A stretch of DNA of 64,000 nt from Candidatus Eiseniibacteriota bacterium (GCA_963744995.1 CAVUWA010000002.1:608001-672000), one strand, 5' to 3'; shown: positions 28,525 to 41,651, numbered from the stretch's first letter. Made by a program: numbers and translations. Notes: generated from the letters alone by a model not told the origin.

Positions 28525-30483
28525 CTACGTCCTGCTCGCCCGCGACCTGTGCTCCTTGATGAGCTTGTCCACCACGTCGGGGTCCGCAAGCGTGGTCACG
28601 TCGCCGAGCCCCTCGTACTCGCCGGCGGCGATCTTGCGCAGGATGCGACGCATGATCTTGCCGCTGCGGGTCTTCGGCAGGCCCGGCACGGGGTGGATGA
28701 TGTCGGGCGCGGCGAACTTGCCGATCGCGTGACGCACCTGCTCCTTGAGGGCGCCTTCGATCTCCTGGCGCTCCTGTCCGGCGTACTCCGGCGTGAGCGC
28801 GACGTAGGCGTAGATGCCGGTGCCCTTCACCGCGTGCGGATAGCCCACCACCGCGGCTTCGGCGACCGCCTCGTGCGCAACGAGCGCGCTTTCCACCTCG
28901 GCGGTGCCGAGACGGTGACCCGAGACGTTGAGCACGTCGTCGATGCGGCCGGTGATCCAGTAGTAGCCGTCCTCGTCCCGGCGGCAGCCGTCGCCCGTGA
29001 AGTAGAAGCCCTTGTACTGCGAGAAGTAGGTCTCCTTGAAGCGATGGTGGTCGCCCCACACCGTGCGCGCCTGCCCGGGCCACGGCCGCGCCAGGCAGAG
29101 TGCGCCGCTGACGCCGTTGCCCTCGATGATCTGCCCGGTCTCGGGATTCACGACGATCGGTTTCACGCCGAAGAACGGCAGCGTCGCTGAGCCCGGCTTG
29201 GTCGGCGTCGCGCCCGGCAGCGGCGTGATCAGGATGCCGCCGGTCTCCGTCTGCCACCACGTGTCCACGACCGCGCAGCGTTTCCCGCCGACGACGTCGT
29301 GATACCAGCGCCACACCTCCGGGTTGATCGGCTCGCCGACCGACCCCAGCACACGCAGGCTGTCGCGCTTGTAGTGCTTCACGAACTCGTCGCCGGCCTG
29401 AGCGATCGCGCGCAGCGCCGTCGGCGCGGTGTAGAAGATGTTGATGCGCAGATCGTCCACCATGCGCCAGTAGCGCCCGGGATCGGGGTAGACCGGCACC
29501 GACTCGAACATCACCGTGGTGGCGCCGTTCGCCAGCGGCCCGTAGACGATGTAGGTGTGGCCCGTGACCCAGCCGACGTCGGCGGCGCAGCAGTAGACGT
29601 CGCCCGGGTGGTAGTCGAACACCAGCTGGTGGGTCAGCGCGGCGTACACCATGTAGCCGCCGGTCGTGTGCATGACGCCCTTCGGTTGCCCGGTGCTGCC
29701 CGAGGTGTAGAGGATGTAGAGCGGATCTTCGGCGGCCATCCACTCCACCGGGCAGGTCGCTCGCTGCTTCGCGCACTCCTCGTCGAGCCACAGGTCGCGA
29801 CCCGGCTGCATCGGCACTTCGGTGTCGGTGCGGCGCGCGACCAGCACCGTCTCGACCACCGACAGCCCCTGCACGGCCTGATCAGTGATCGTCTTGAGCG
29901 GAATACGTTTGCCGCCGCGCATGCCTTCGTTGGCGGTCATCACCACCTTGCAGCCGGCGTCGAGGATCCGGTCGCGCAGCGAGTCGGCGCTGAACCCCGC
30001 GAATACCACCGAATGGATCGCGCCGATACGCGCACAGGCCAGCATCGCGAACGCGGTCTCCGGGATCATCGGCATGTAGATGCAGACGCGATCGCCCTTG
30101 CGGACGCCGTGGGCCTTGAGGACGTTGGCGATGCGGCAGACCTCGTGCTTCACCTCGCGGTAGGTGATGTGGCGGTACACGCCCGGCTCGTCGGCCGCCC
30201 AGATGATGGCGGTGCGGTCGCCGCGCTCTTCGAGGTGGCGGTCCACGCAGTTGAAGCACGCATTGAGCCGGCTGCCCAGGTACCAGCTGAAGTCCACGTC
30301 GTCGTAGTCGCCGTCGAACACGGTGTGCCACGGGTGGAACCAGGTCAGGTTCTTCGCCTGTTCCGCCCAGAATCCTTCCGGGTCCTCGATCGACTCGCGA
30401 TAGAGCCGCTCGTACTCCTCCATGGAACCGATGTGGGCACGTTCGCGGATGTGCGGATGGACGTCGTAGACATCGTCGGGCAT
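28525..30483 (-). CDS. acs: Acetyl-CoA synthetase
   Basis: [43 protein letters not shown]. Confidence 0.97.
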   Translation of the reverse strand: MPDDVYDVHPHIRERAHIGSMEEYERLYRESIEDPEGFWAEQAKNLTWFHPWHTVFDGDYDDVDFSWYLGSRLNACFNCVDRHLEERGDRTAIIWAADEPGVYRHITYREVKHEVCRIANVLKAHGVRKGDRVCIYMPMIPETAFAMLACARIGAIHSVVFAGFSADSLRDRILDAGCKVVMTANEGMRGGKRIPLKTITDQAVQGLSVVETVLVARRTDTEVPMQPGRDLWLDEECAKQRATCPVEWMAAEDPLYILYTSGSTGQPKGVMHTTGGYMVYAALTHQLVFDYHPGDVYCCAADVGWVTGHTYIVYGPLANGATTVMFESVPVYPDPGRYWRMVDDLRINIFYTAPTALRAIAQAGDEFVKHYKRDSLRVLGSVGEPINPEVWRWYHDVVGGKRCAVVDTWWQTETGGILITPLPGATPTKPGSATLPFFGVKPIVVNPETGQIIEGNGVSGALCLARPWPGQARTVWGDHHRFKETYFSQYKGFYFTGDGCRRDEDGYYWITGRIDDVLNVSGHRLGTAEVESALVAHEAVAEAAVVGYPHAVKGTGIYAYVALTPEYAGQERQEIEGALKEQVRHAIGKFAAPDIIHPVPGLPKTRSGKIMRRILRKIAAGEYEGLGDVTTLADPDVVDKLIKEHRSRASRT

Positions 30484-30584
30484 CGGGATCTCCCGTCGGC
30501 TGCGGTGGACTGGCGTGGGCGTCGCCCGGGGACTATAAACGATGACCTGCCGGTCGTAACCGAAAACGCCGGCGCGGAGACGCC

Positions 30585-30935
30585 ATGTCCCCTGACCGAC
30601 CGCTGCTGATCTACAAGGGCGCGTGCATGCTCTGCCGGCGCTGGGTCGAGCGCTCGCGGCGCTGGACGGGCAAGCGTATTGCGTACGCGCCCTCGGAAGA
30701 GGTGGCGGAGCAGTTTCCACAGATTCCGGCGGAGCGCTTCAAGCGGTTCGTGGTGCTGGTGGAGCCGGATGGGCGGATCTCGTACGGCGCCGAGGCGGTC
30801 GCGCGCTCTCTTGCAGTGCGTATGCCGGGGCGTCCGCTGCTGTGGATGTACCTGCACGTGCCGTTCCTGCGCGCGATCGCGGACGAGGCCTACATGGCAG
30901 TGGCGGAAGGGCGCGTCGGCGAGTCGGCGCTGTGA
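30585..30935 (+). CDS. DCC1-like thiol-disulfide oxidoreductase
   Basis: [26 protein letters not shown]. Confidence 0.7.
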   Translation: MSPDRPLLIYKGACMLCRRWVERSRRWTGKRIAYAPSEEVAEQFPQIPAERFKRFVVLVEPDGRISYGAEAVARSLAVRMPGRPLLWMYLHVPFLRAIADEAYMAVAEGRVGESAL

Positions 30936-31022
30936 GCACCGGCATCGGGCGCCTGTCGCCCGGTCGCGCAACGAGTCGCTGCCCGGCCACCCGGCGCCAC
31001 CCGTTTGCGCTACATTGACCCC

Positions 31023-33686
31023 ATGCCTCTGGCCGCCGGCACACGTCTGGGTCCCTACGAGATTCTCTCCGTCCTCGGCGCGGGTGGAATGGGCGAGGTC
31101 TACCGCGCCCGCGACACCCGCCTCGGACGTGACGTCGCGATCAAGGTGCTCACCGAGCAGCTCGTCGCCACGCCCGAGATCCGCGCGCGCTTCGAGCGCG
31201 AGGCGAAGACCATCTCGCAGCTCAGCCACCCGAACATCTGCGCGCTGTACGACGTGGGCCGGGCGCCCGGGGTCGCCGGGGCGCCCGGGATCGACTATCT
31301 GGTCATGGAGCTGGTCGAGGGCGAAACCCTGGCGAGTCGCCTCGCGCGCGGCGCGCTGCCGGCCGCCGAGGTGCTCGCCCTCGGCGGCCAGATCGCCGGC
31401 GCGCTCGAGCAGGCGCACCGCGCCGGCGTCATTCACCGCGACCTGAAGCCCGGCAACGTCATGCTCACGCGATCGGGCGCGAAGCTCATGGACTTCGGCC
31501 TCGCGCGCGCCGCCGGGATGGCGGGGCCGGCCGGCGACTCGGGCGTCACCGCCGCGGCCATGTCGCAGTCGCCCACGGTGGCGCAGCCGCTGACGGCCGA
31601 GGGCACGATCGTCGGCACCTTCCAGTACATGTCGCCAGAGCAGCTCGAAGGTCGCGACGCCGACGCGCGCAGCGACATCTGGGCGCTCGGCTGCCTGCTC
31701 TACGAGATGTCGACCGGGCGCCGCGCGTTCGAGGGCCGGAGCCAGGCGAGCCTCATCAGCGCGATCATGAGCGGCGAGCCCGATCCCGTGTCGCAGCTCG
31801 TGCCGCTCGCGCCGCCCACGCTCGATCGCGTGATCCGGGCCTGTCTGGCCAAGGATCCCGAGGATCGCATCCAGACCGCCCACGACGTACGGCTGCAGCT
31901 CCAGTGGGAGCGGGAGTCGGCATCGGATGCATCGGCCGCAGGACGCGCAGCGCCCGGCGCCCGACGGCGCGGCTGGATTCCGTGGGCCGTGACCGCGGCC
32001 GCACTCATTGCAGCCCTTGCGACCTGGATCGTGAGGGTTCCTGCGCCGGGGCGCACGGGGCCCGTCCGGGCGGTCGCTGACATCGCCCCCGGCATCACGC
32101 CGACCGCCTATGGCTGCGATGTGACGATCTCCCCCGACGGGCATGCGGTCGCCTTCGTGGCCGTGAAGCAGAGGGCCAGCATTCGGTCGCTGTGGATCCG
32201 TCCGCTCGACGGAGCCGAAGCACGTCAGATCGACCTTCCGGGCGAGGCCTCGTGGCCGTTCTGGTCGCCCGACGGCCGCTTCATGGGCTACTTCGATCAG
32301 TCGACCGGCAAGCTGATGAAGGTCCCGGTGGACGGCGGCAGGGCGGCTGAGGTCTGCGACGCCCCGAATGGTCGCGGCGGCACGTGGAACGCCGGCGACG
32401 TCATCGTATTCGCTCCGGCTCCGGCCGGCCCGCTGATGCGGGTGCGCGCGTCCGGCGGAACGCCGCAACCCGTGACCCGTATCGACTCGACTCGCAGCGA
32501 GACGGCCCATCGGTTCCCGTGCTTCCTGCCGGACGGGAGGCACTTCACCTACGCGGCACTGCCGAGGGGCCGTGACGGTGCGTTCGAGATCTACATCGGC
32601 TCGCTCGATGGGGGTAACCCCGTTCATCTGATGCGAGCCGAGTCGGCCCCGGTGTTCGCCGCGCCGGGGTATCTGCTGTTCCGGCGCGGCGCCCAGGTCA
32701 TGGCCCAGCGCTTCGATAGCGGCCGTCGCGCGCTCGAGGGCGAGCCCGTTGCGATCGGTGACGCTCCGGAACTGTCGGACCTGGACGCCGACCCGGTCGT
32801 CTCCGCCTCGCGGAACGGGCGTCTCGCCCTGCTTGCGACCGGCGCACCGGACAACCGGCTGGAGGAGCTGGACCGCAGCGGCGTCACGATGAAGACCTTC
32901 GACCTGCCCCGGGCCGCGTGGTCGGTGCTCTCCGTGACGCGGGATGAACGTCGGGCACTTCTCGGGAATGGCGATGGACTGTGGTTCTTCGACCTCGAGC
33001 GCTCCGTGCCCACGCAATTCAGGTCGACCGGTTCGACGCCCTCCGGGGTCATCTCGCCGGACGGCCGGCAGGTGGCCTTCGTCAACAGGAAGAACGGGCG
33101 AGAGGGCATCGCCGTCGCCGATCTGGCCGGCACGATCCAGTACGAGATCTATCCGAACGACCTCTTCAAGTCGGTCTATGACTGGTCGCCAGACGGCGCC
33201 TATGTGGTGTACGGGCAGCTCGATCCGCAGACGGGCTATGACATCCTGTTGCTGCCGACGGCCGGTGACCATACGCCGGTCCGGCTGATCAACGGCCCGA
33301 ACTGGGAAATGAGCGCGAAGGTGTCGCCCGACGGTCACTGGATCGCATATTCCATGAAGGAACCTTCGAGCCTCCAGATCTACGTCACTTCATTTCCCCG
33401 TCCCGGGCTCAAGGTGCGGGTCACGCGGGACGGCGGCGCCCTCCCGAGGTGGGGGCGCGGCGGGCGCGAGCTGTACTACCTGGCCTCGAGGGCATTGCAT
33501 GCGGTTCCCATGCGCCCCGGCGAGGAGCCGCGGCCGGGGAACCCGACCCGTCTGTTCGCGCTGGACGCCCTCCCCTCCGGCGGTGCCGTCATGCAGGACG
33601 GCGACCGTTTCCTGGTGGCCGTCGATCGGCGGCCCGGGCGCCGGGTCCGGCTGGTGCTGAACTGGACGGCGCTGGTGGAGCGGTAG
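31023..33686 (+). CDS. Hanks-type Ser/Thr protein kinase with TM helix and TolB/PD40 beta-propeller (third paralog)
   Basis: GAGGMGEVY, VAIK, HRDLKPGN, DFG, YMSPEQ. WSPDG repeats. Ends VLNW. Confidence 0.93.
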   Translation: MPLAAGTRLGPYEILSVLGAGGMGEVYRARDTRLGRDVAIKVLTEQLVATPEIRARFEREAKTISQLSHPNICALYDVGRAPGVAGAPGIDYLVMELVEGETLASRLARGALPAAEVLALGGQIAGALEQAHRAGVIHRDLKPGNVMLTRSGAKLMDFGLARAAGMAGPAGDSGVTAAAMSQSPTVAQPLTAEGTIVGTFQYMSPEQLEGRDADARSDIWALGCLLYEMSTGRRAFEGRSQASLISAIMSGEPDPVSQLVPLAPPTLDRVIRACLAKDPEDRIQTAHDVRLQLQWERESASDASAAGRAAPGARRRGWIPWAVTAAALIAALATWIVRVPAPGRTGPVRAVADIAPGITPTAYGCDVTISPDGHAVAFVAVKQRASIRSLWIRPLDGAEARQIDLPGEASWPFWSPDGRFMGYFDQSTGKLMKVPVDGGRAAEVCDAPNGRGGTWNAGDVIVFAPAPAGPLMRVRASGGTPQPVTRIDSTRSETAHRFPCFLPDGRHFTYAALPRGRDGAFEIYIGSLDGGNPVHLMRAESAPVFAAPGYLLFRRGAQVMAQRFDSGRRALEGEPVAIGDAPELSDLDADPVVSASRNGRLALLATGAPDNRLEELDRSGVTMKTFDLPRAAWSVLSVTRDERRALLGNGDGLWFFDLERSVPTQFRSTGSTPSGVISPDGRQVAFVNRKNGREGIAVADLAGTIQYEIYPNDLFKSVYDWSPDGAYVVYGQLDPQTGYDILLLPTAGDHTPVRLINGPNWEMSAKVSPDGHWIAYSMKEPSSLQIYVTSFPRPGLKVRVTRDGGALPRWGRGGRELYYLASRALHAVPMRPGEEPRPGNPTRLFALDALPSGGAVMQDGDRFLVAVDRRPGRRVRLVLNWTALVER

Positions 33687-33837
33687 AGACGCGCGCGCCC
33701 GGGGCCGAAGCGGCGAGTCGGCCCGCGGGCCGGCCCGCTTCTTCTCGACCGCTCGCCGCGCGCACGCGGTCGCACCCGGCAGAGGCCCGACCCGAGACCC
33801 GCGTCCGGGCGGCGCGACAGCGCGACGGCGACGCCTC

Positions 33838-35544
33838 CTACGCGCCGCGGGGGGCGGCGATCTCCCGCGCCCGCTGGACCGCCGCCTCGAAATCTCCGGC
33901 CAGATTCTCGCTTCCAATCCGCTCGATGAGCCCCGCACGCTCGAGCACGCTCATCGGCTGCGCGTGCACGCCGGACAGCACGACGGTGGTGCCGTCGCGC
34001 CGCGTCTTGTCGAGCAGGTCCTCGAGCGCGCGCAGCCCCGTTGCGTCCATCGCCAGCACCTCGCGCAGACGCAGGATCAGCACGGCGGGCGGCTTCTCGA
34101 CTCGATGCATGGCGTCCTTGAACTTGCTGGCCGCGCCGAAGAACAGCGTGCCGTAGACTTCGAACACCTCGACCCCATGGGGGAGCAGTGGCTCGCCCTC
34201 GTGGGAGATCTCCACTTCGCTCTCGCCGATCATCTTCTTCAGGTAACCCGCCTGGCTGAGATCCGACATGCGTTTCATGAACAGGAACGCGGCGAGCACC
34301 ATGCCGGCCTCGAGCGCGACGGTGAGATCGATCAGCACGGTGAGCAGGAACGTGGTGAGCAGCACCAGCACGTCGCTCCTGGGGCTCCTGAACAGGCGCA
34401 CGAACACGCGCCACTCGCTCATGTGGTAGGCGACCATCAGCAGGATCGCGGCGAGCGCCGCGAGCGGGATCATGCCGGCGGCAGGCCCGAGCAGGAGCAG
34501 GATCGCCAGCACCGTGAGCGCGTGCACGATGCCGGCGACCGGAGTGCGGCCGCCGCTTTTCACGTTGAGCGCCGTGCGCGCGATCGCGCCGGTCGCCGGG
34601 ATGCCCCCGAACAGCGGCGCGGCAACGTTCGCCACGCCCTGCGCGACCAGCTCCATGTTCGAGCGGTGGCGACCACCCGTCATGCCGTCCGAAACCACCG
34701 CGGCCAGCAGCGACTCGATGCCCGCGAGCAGGGCGATCGCGAACGCCGATGGGAACAGTTCGCGGATCGTGCGCCACGGCAGGTGGGGCAGGGCCGGCGC
34801 CGGCAGCGCGTGCGCCACGTCGCCGAAGCGGTCCTGGATCGTTTCGACCGGCAGGTGGAAGAGGCGCGCCAGGACGGTGATCGCCACCAGCGCGAGCAGC
34901 GGCGCCGGGACGCGCGGTGTCACGCGCGGCCAGGCGATCAGGATTGCCAGCGTCGCGAGTCCCACGGCGAAAGCCCACGGGTTCCACGACGCGGCGCTCG
35001 CCGCGTACGCGCCGAACTTCTCGATGAAGTCGGCCGGCACGTGCGGCAGGTCGAGACCGAACAGGTCGCGGAGTTGCGCGGCGGCGATGATCAGCGCGAT
35101 GCCGCTCGTGAAGCCGACCGTGACGGGGTAGGGCACGAACTTGATGACGCTGCCGAGCCGCGCGAGGCCCATCACGATCAGCATGGCCCCGGCCATCATC
35201 GTGGCGACCGCGAGCCCCGGGTAGCCGAACTTCTGCACGATGCCGTAGACGATCACGATGAATGCGCCGGTCGGCCCGCCGACCAGCACGCGGCTGCCAC
35301 CGAGCAGCGAGATCAGGAAGCCCGCGACGATCGCGGTGTAGAGGCCCTGCTCGGGGCGCACGCCGGAGGCGATCGCCAGCGCGATCGACAGCGGCAGCGC
35401 GACGATGCCGACCTGGAGCCCCGCGAGCACGTCGCGCCAGAGCTGGGGCGCGGAGTAGCCCTCGCGCAGCATCGTGACGAGTTTGGGCTCGAAACGCGCG
35501 TGCGGGTCCGGCGCGGCGGGTGCGGGGATGCGTGGAGGCGTCAT
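33838..35544 (-). CDS. SulP/SLC26 anion transporter with STAS domain
   Basis: VALPLSIALAIASG, GGPTGAF, GAIART, GTLFFGAA, MDATG. Confidence 0.93.
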   Translation of the reverse strand: MTPPRIPAPAAPDPHARFEPKLVTMLREGYSAPQLWRDVLAGLQVGIVALPLSIALAIASGVRPEQGLYTAIVAGFLISLLGGSRVLVGGPTGAFIVIVYGIVQKFGYPGLAVATMMAGAMLIVMGLARLGSVIKFVPYPVTVGFTSGIALIIAAAQLRDLFGLDLPHVPADFIEKFGAYAASAASWNPWAFAVGLATLAILIAWPRVTPRVPAPLLALVAITVLARLFHLPVETIQDRFGDVAHALPAPALPHLPWRTIRELFPSAFAIALLAGIESLLAAVVSDGMTGGRHRSNMELVAQGVANVAAPLFGGIPATGAIARTALNVKSGGRTPVAGIVHALTVLAILLLLGPAAGMIPLAALAAILLMVAYHMSEWRVFVRLFRSPRSDVLVLLTTFLLTVLIDLTVALEAGMVLAAFLFMKRMSDLSQAGYLKKMIGESEVEISHEGEPLLPHGVEVFEVYGTLFFGAASKFKDAMHRVEKPPAVLILRLREVLAMDATGLRALEDLLDKTRRDGTTVVLSGVHAQPMSVLERAGLIERIGSENLAGDFEAAVQRAREIAAPRGA

Positions 35545-35561
35545 GGGACGCGGTGCGGCGG

Positions 35562-36377
35562 TCAGCCGATCGCGCGCCTCTCGAAGGTCTTCATGCCGAT
35601 CGCCAGGAACAGCCCCGACACGATCACCAGCGCGAGCAGCACGAACGGCACCGACATGTGCGGGAGCCCCGGCGTGAGCGAAGCACGCAGGCCCTCGGCC
35701 ACGTACACCAGCGGGTTCACCAGCACCGCGTACTTCATGACCGGCACGACGTCGAGCCCCTTCCACGGGTAGTACGTGCAGCCGAAGAAGATCATCGGTG
35801 CGACGATGAAGCCGAACATGAGCCCGATGTGCTCCGCGTCGATCGCGGTGCCGAGCAGCAGGCCGAACGTCGAGAACGACAGCGAGCCGAGCAGGGCGAT
35901 CAGCATGACGATGCCGAAGTGGGCGATCGACAGCGACTGGATCGGCCCCATGATCAGCCGCGCCACGGGCAGCACGAACAGCGCGGCGATCACGCCCTGG
36001 ATCGTGCCGGCGACCACCTTCTCGATCGCCACCATGTGGATGTCGACCGGGGCGAGCAGGCGGTCCTCGATCTCGCGCGTCCAACCGAAGTCGGTGACCA
36101 TCGGCAGCGCGACCGCCTGCAACGCGGCGAACGCCATGCTGATCCCGAGCACACCGGGCAGCAGCGCCGCAGTGTAGCCGTGCTGCACGAAGCCCATCTT
36201 CGGCAGCAGGTAACCGAACACGATCGTGAGCATGATCGGCTGCAGCGAGGTGCGCAGAAGGAACACGTGCATCTCACGGCGCACCACCGTGACGTCACGC
36301 ATGAACAGCGCCATGAACACACGCCAGGCGGAGACCGGCGCGGGATAGAGGGAAGTGGTGGCGGCGGTGCGCGTCAT
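35562..36377 (-). CDS. ABC-2 type exporter permease
   Basis: Six TM segments. REIEDRLLAP, NPLVYVAEGLR. Confidence 0.88.
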   Translation of the reverse strand: MTRTAATTSLYPAPVSAWRVFMALFMRDVTVVRREMHVFLLRTSLQPIMLTIVFGYLLPKMGFVQHGYTAALLPGVLGISMAFAALQAVALPMVTDFGWTREIEDRLLAPVDIHMVAIEKVVAGTIQGVIAALFVLPVARLIMGPIQSLSIAHFGIVMLIALLGSLSFSTFGLLLGTAIDAEHIGLMFGFIVAPMIFFGCTYYPWKGLDVVPVMKYAVLVNPLVYVAEGLRASLTPGLPHMSVPFVLLALVIVSGLFLAIGMKTFERRAIG

Positions 36378-37471
36378 TCGAGCGTCCTTCCGGTCATCGA
36401 GATGAACAGGGTTTCGAGACTGGGCGGCGCGAGATGGATGTTCTGCACGACGCGGCCCCCGGTCTCGGCGGCGCGGGTGAGCATGGCGATCATCTCGCCC
36501 GGACGCTCGACCCACACGCGCAGGCGCGACGCCTCGACCTCGAGCCGCACCACCCCGGGCGCCTCGCGCACGGCGTCCGCGACCGGCGCCGGATCGCCGT
36601 CGAGCGTGAGCTCGACCAGGGTGCCGCCCGGCGCGCGCGCCTTGAGTCCGACCGGCGTGTCGACCGCCAGCAGGCGGCCGTTGTCGACGATCGCGAGCCG
36701 CTCGCAGAGCTGGTCGGCCTCTTCCATGTAGTGGGTGGTCAGCACGATCGTGCGGCCGTTCGCGTGCATCTCCCGCAGGATGTCCCAGAGCGCGAGCCGC
36801 GCCTGCGGATCGAGCCCCACCGTGGGCTCGTCGAGGAACAGGATGCGCGGCTCGTGGATCAGTGCGCGCGCGATCATGAGCCGCTGCTGCTGGCCGCCCG
36901 ACATGTGGCCCACCTTGGCCTCGCTGTGGTCGGCGAGGCCGAAGCGCTCGAGCAGCCGCCGGGCGCGCGCATCGGCTTCGCCGCGCGCGATGCCGAAATA
37001 GGTGGCGTGGAAGACCAGATTCTCGCGCGCGTTGAGGCTGCGATCGGGGTTCGGGTTCTGCGGCACGACGCCGATGCGCTGCTTGAGCGTCGTGGCCTCG
37101 CGCAGCACGTGCGCGCCGGCGACCCACGCGTCACCGGCCGTCGGCCGGACGCGCGTGGTCAGGATCCCGATCGTCGTCGTCTTGCCGGCGCCGTTCGGGC
37201 CGAGGAGGCCGAAGATCTCGCCTTCGCCGATCTCGAGATCGAGGCTCTCGAGCGCGACGATCTCCTTGAGCGGCGCCGCCGGGTCGCCGTTAGGCACGGG
37301 GCCCGCGCCGGGCGCCCCGGGCGCGGGAGCCCGGCCGCGGCCGCCCGACGGCCGGCGTTTGGGCGCCGGGTACACCTTGCGCAGCTTCGCCGTGCGGATG
37401 ATCGCGGCGTCCGTCGCGGACGCGGGTCCAGGCGCGGTGTGAGGCTCGGCGGCGGTGGCGGGGCCGGGCAT
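36374..37471 (-). CDS. ABC exporter ATP-binding protein (DrrA/NodI-like)
   Basis: GPNGAGKTT, MSGGQ, LDEPT, TTHYMEEA. Confidence 0.92.
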   Translation of the reverse strand: MPGPATAAEPHTAPGPASATDAAIIRTAKLRKVYPAPKRRPSGGRGRAPAPGAPGAGPVPNGDPAAPLKEIVALESLDLEIGEGEIFGLLGPNGAGKTTTIGILTTRVRPTAGDAWVAGAHVLREATTLKQRIGVVPQNPNPDRSLNARENLVFHATYFGIARGEADARARRLLERFGLADHSEAKVGHMSGGQQQRLMIARALIHEPRILFLDEPTVGLDPQARLALWDILREMHANGRTIVLTTHYMEEADQLCERLAIVDNGRLLAVDTPVGLKARAPGGTLVELTLDGDPAPVADAVREAPGVVRLEVEASRLRVWVERPGEMIAMLTRAAETGGRVVQNIHLAPPSLETLFISMTGRTLE

Positions 37472-37474
37472 CGC

Positions 37475-39154
<1,680 letters not shown>

Positions 39155-39266
39155 GGACTCCCGGGACTCCGTGGGGGGCGTGGCGGGGCAGGGGCGCCGC
39201 CGCGCTCTTCTGAGTTGTGATGGGTTCGGGGACAAGATGACGAGTCCGGGCGCGCCGTGCAAATGA

Positions 39267-39296
39267 CCGGGGCGCCGCGCGGCCGCGGCGCCCCGG
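39267..39296 (-). terminator. Putative intrinsic terminator hairpin
   Basis: 13-bp stem ccggggcgccgcg/cgcggcgccccgg after the stop at 39320, followed by TCATTT on the minus strand. Confidence 0.55.
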
Positions 39297-39319
39297 AGGC
39301 CACGTCTTTCGGCCCGCGA

Positions 39320-41651
39320 CTACCGCCGCGGCGCCGCGTTCACCAGCTGCTCCGCGGCCGCGTTCTTCGGGAGCCCCCACACGTTCTGCAGCACGAAGTC
39401 CACCAGCGCCTGGTCGTCGGCGCGGGTGAAGCTCCAGATGTCGAAGCCGGTGAACATGAAGGGCGGGTTGTCGTGGCCGTGGTAGTAGGTCATCGCAATC
39501 CGCCGGAGCGTCGTGGGTGGCAGTTCGAAGGTGACCATGTTGTAGAGCGAGTCGAGGGTCGACTCGCCGCCTTCGAAGACGTAGTTCGGCCGACTCAGGA
39601 ACTCCGCGCTCACCCTGCTGTTGTAGAACACGCTTCCGGACTGCCCGGAGCGCCCCGGCGGGAACGGATCGCGCGCGCTCGACTTGAGTCGCATCTGAAT
39701 CGGCAGCCGGCCGTAGTCCGGCACCCCGGGCCAGCTGGGATCGCGGCCGACGAAGCGCTGGATGAACATCTGCGCGGTCACGACTTTGATCTCCGACCGC
39801 CAGTGCGCGAAGTCGTACATGAAGCGCCCGGGGGCCAGCTCGCCTTCGGGGTTGCTCCACGTGATCCCGCCGCCGTCATTGGCCGTGCGGTTCCAGGGGA
39901 TGGTCGTCGCGAACGCGCCACCGCCGCCGAGCAGCCACGCCTGGCCCCCGCCGCGGATGTAGGCCGCGAGCGAGTTGTAGCGGCCCGGGCCGCTCATGTA
40001 ACGCAGCGCGGTCATCGGCTGAACCGGAGCGTTCGCAGAATTGTTGTATGTCGCGCTGCGCGCGTCCACGATCCAGATCACGTGGCGGTAGTGGCCGAGC
40101 GTCGCGAGCGGGACCGTCGGATCCGGCGCGCCCGTGCGGGTCCCGAGCGTGTCGAAACGGTAGCCCGCGAACAACCCGGGCGAGCTCATGGTTCCGGCCG
40201 GATAGCAGCGCCAGGGAACGCCGCCCCGGGCGAACAGGAACGTGTCGAGTTCCGCCGCCGTCGGCCATGACCCGATCGGCGGCCTGACGCACGAGGATCC
40301 GGTGGCGAGCTCGTCCGGAACGAGGCGCGTGTCGTCGACGATCAGGAGATCCGCATCGTAGTGGCGTTCGACGGAGTGGATCCGCGCCGTCAGTCGCGAG
40401 CGGAAGCCCAGCTCGTCCCGCGCCTCCACTACGAACGTGTGCGTCTCGCCGCCGGCGAACGGGCCGATGGTGGCCTCCTCGAGATCCGGGCTCCACGGCC
40501 GCCAGTGCTGGAGATCGTTGCCGGCGCGCGGACGCTTGAGTTCCTTGTCGAGGTCCTGCGGGTCGAGCGCCCAGCGGTACTCGATCGAGGTCGTGCCCGG
40601 CAGCGGGTCCGCATACCAGCGCAGCCGGATCGGTGTTCCGGCCGGATACTCGATGTCGATGACCGGACCGGGCAGTCCGCCACCGGCGGCCGCGTAGGAG
40701 ATGACGTCGGAGTTCAGGTGGAGCCGCGGGCCGGACACTTCCGCGACGATGGGCCGCATGCGCAGCATGTTGCTGTTGAGACTGAACACGGGCGAGTACG
40801 CGCCCTCCGCATCGAACGCTACGACCACGAACAGGTAATCGTCCCCCGGGACCAGATCGGTCAGCGTGACCTGGCCGCCCACCCCCGGGGTGTTCGCGAC
40901 GGACGTCCAGCTCTCGAAGTCGGGGGCGTAGTAGCGGCGCAGCGAGTCGGGATTCGCGACCGCGACGAGAATCGGGAAATCCGAGGTGTCGCCCAGCAGG
41001 ATGTATTTGTAGGAGACCGGTTCTCCGGTCGGGCCGTCCGGGTCGGTTCCCTTGAAGTGGATCGTCACCGTGGTCGGCACGGAGACCGCGAGCAGCGCCG
41101 ACGGGACCGGGCTCGTGATCACCACCGACGGCGCGACGTCGTCCTCGAAGAACGCGCGGAGCGCGGGCGATGAAGCCGCACCGCGATCGTCCACGGCTTC
41201 GACGGCGATCAGGTCGAAGTCGCGGCCGTCGCCGCCGGCAGCGAGATCCGCGGTGCGGCTGCGGCCGGCGGCGCCGATCGACGCGCGGCGCTTCGCGAGA
41301 ACGGTTCGGCTGCGGTGGGTCGGTCGAGATCCAGGCCGGATCGTCACTCGCGAGCGTCTTCGGGTTGACCGCGACGCGGTAGTGGTCCACGTGACCGTCG
41401 GGGTCGCTGCCCGTCCAGCCGACGAGATGAAGCGCGCCCGCGGGGCCCTTCGCGGGCGCGGTCACGGGATCGAGCTTGATCTCCGGCCCCATGTTGTCGA
41501 GCGCGTTCAGGCGCGGACGGTCGGAGCATCCGGCGGCGGCGAGCATCGCCAGCGACAGGGCGAAGGCGCTGCGCAGGGAAACGAATCGGCGGCGGGGCGC
41601 CGGGATACTCACGGCGGCCCATGGGAACGGGAATGGGGGCTGGATCGGCAT
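39320..41651 (-). pseudogene. Large lipoprotein with beta-sandwich repeats, split by a 1-nt frameshift near 41321
   Basis: Signal peptide and AAAGC lipobox lie in one frame (ATG 41651, AGGAG RBS). The remainder lies in the 39320..41347 frame. The join reads WIST|THRSRTVL. Confidence 0.7.

Noticed and set aside
36374..37471. Pro/Gly-rich N-terminal insert in the ABC ATPase as a frameshift sign
   Set aside because: The frame is continuous from LRKVY to the Walker A motif, so it looks like a low-complexity loop.
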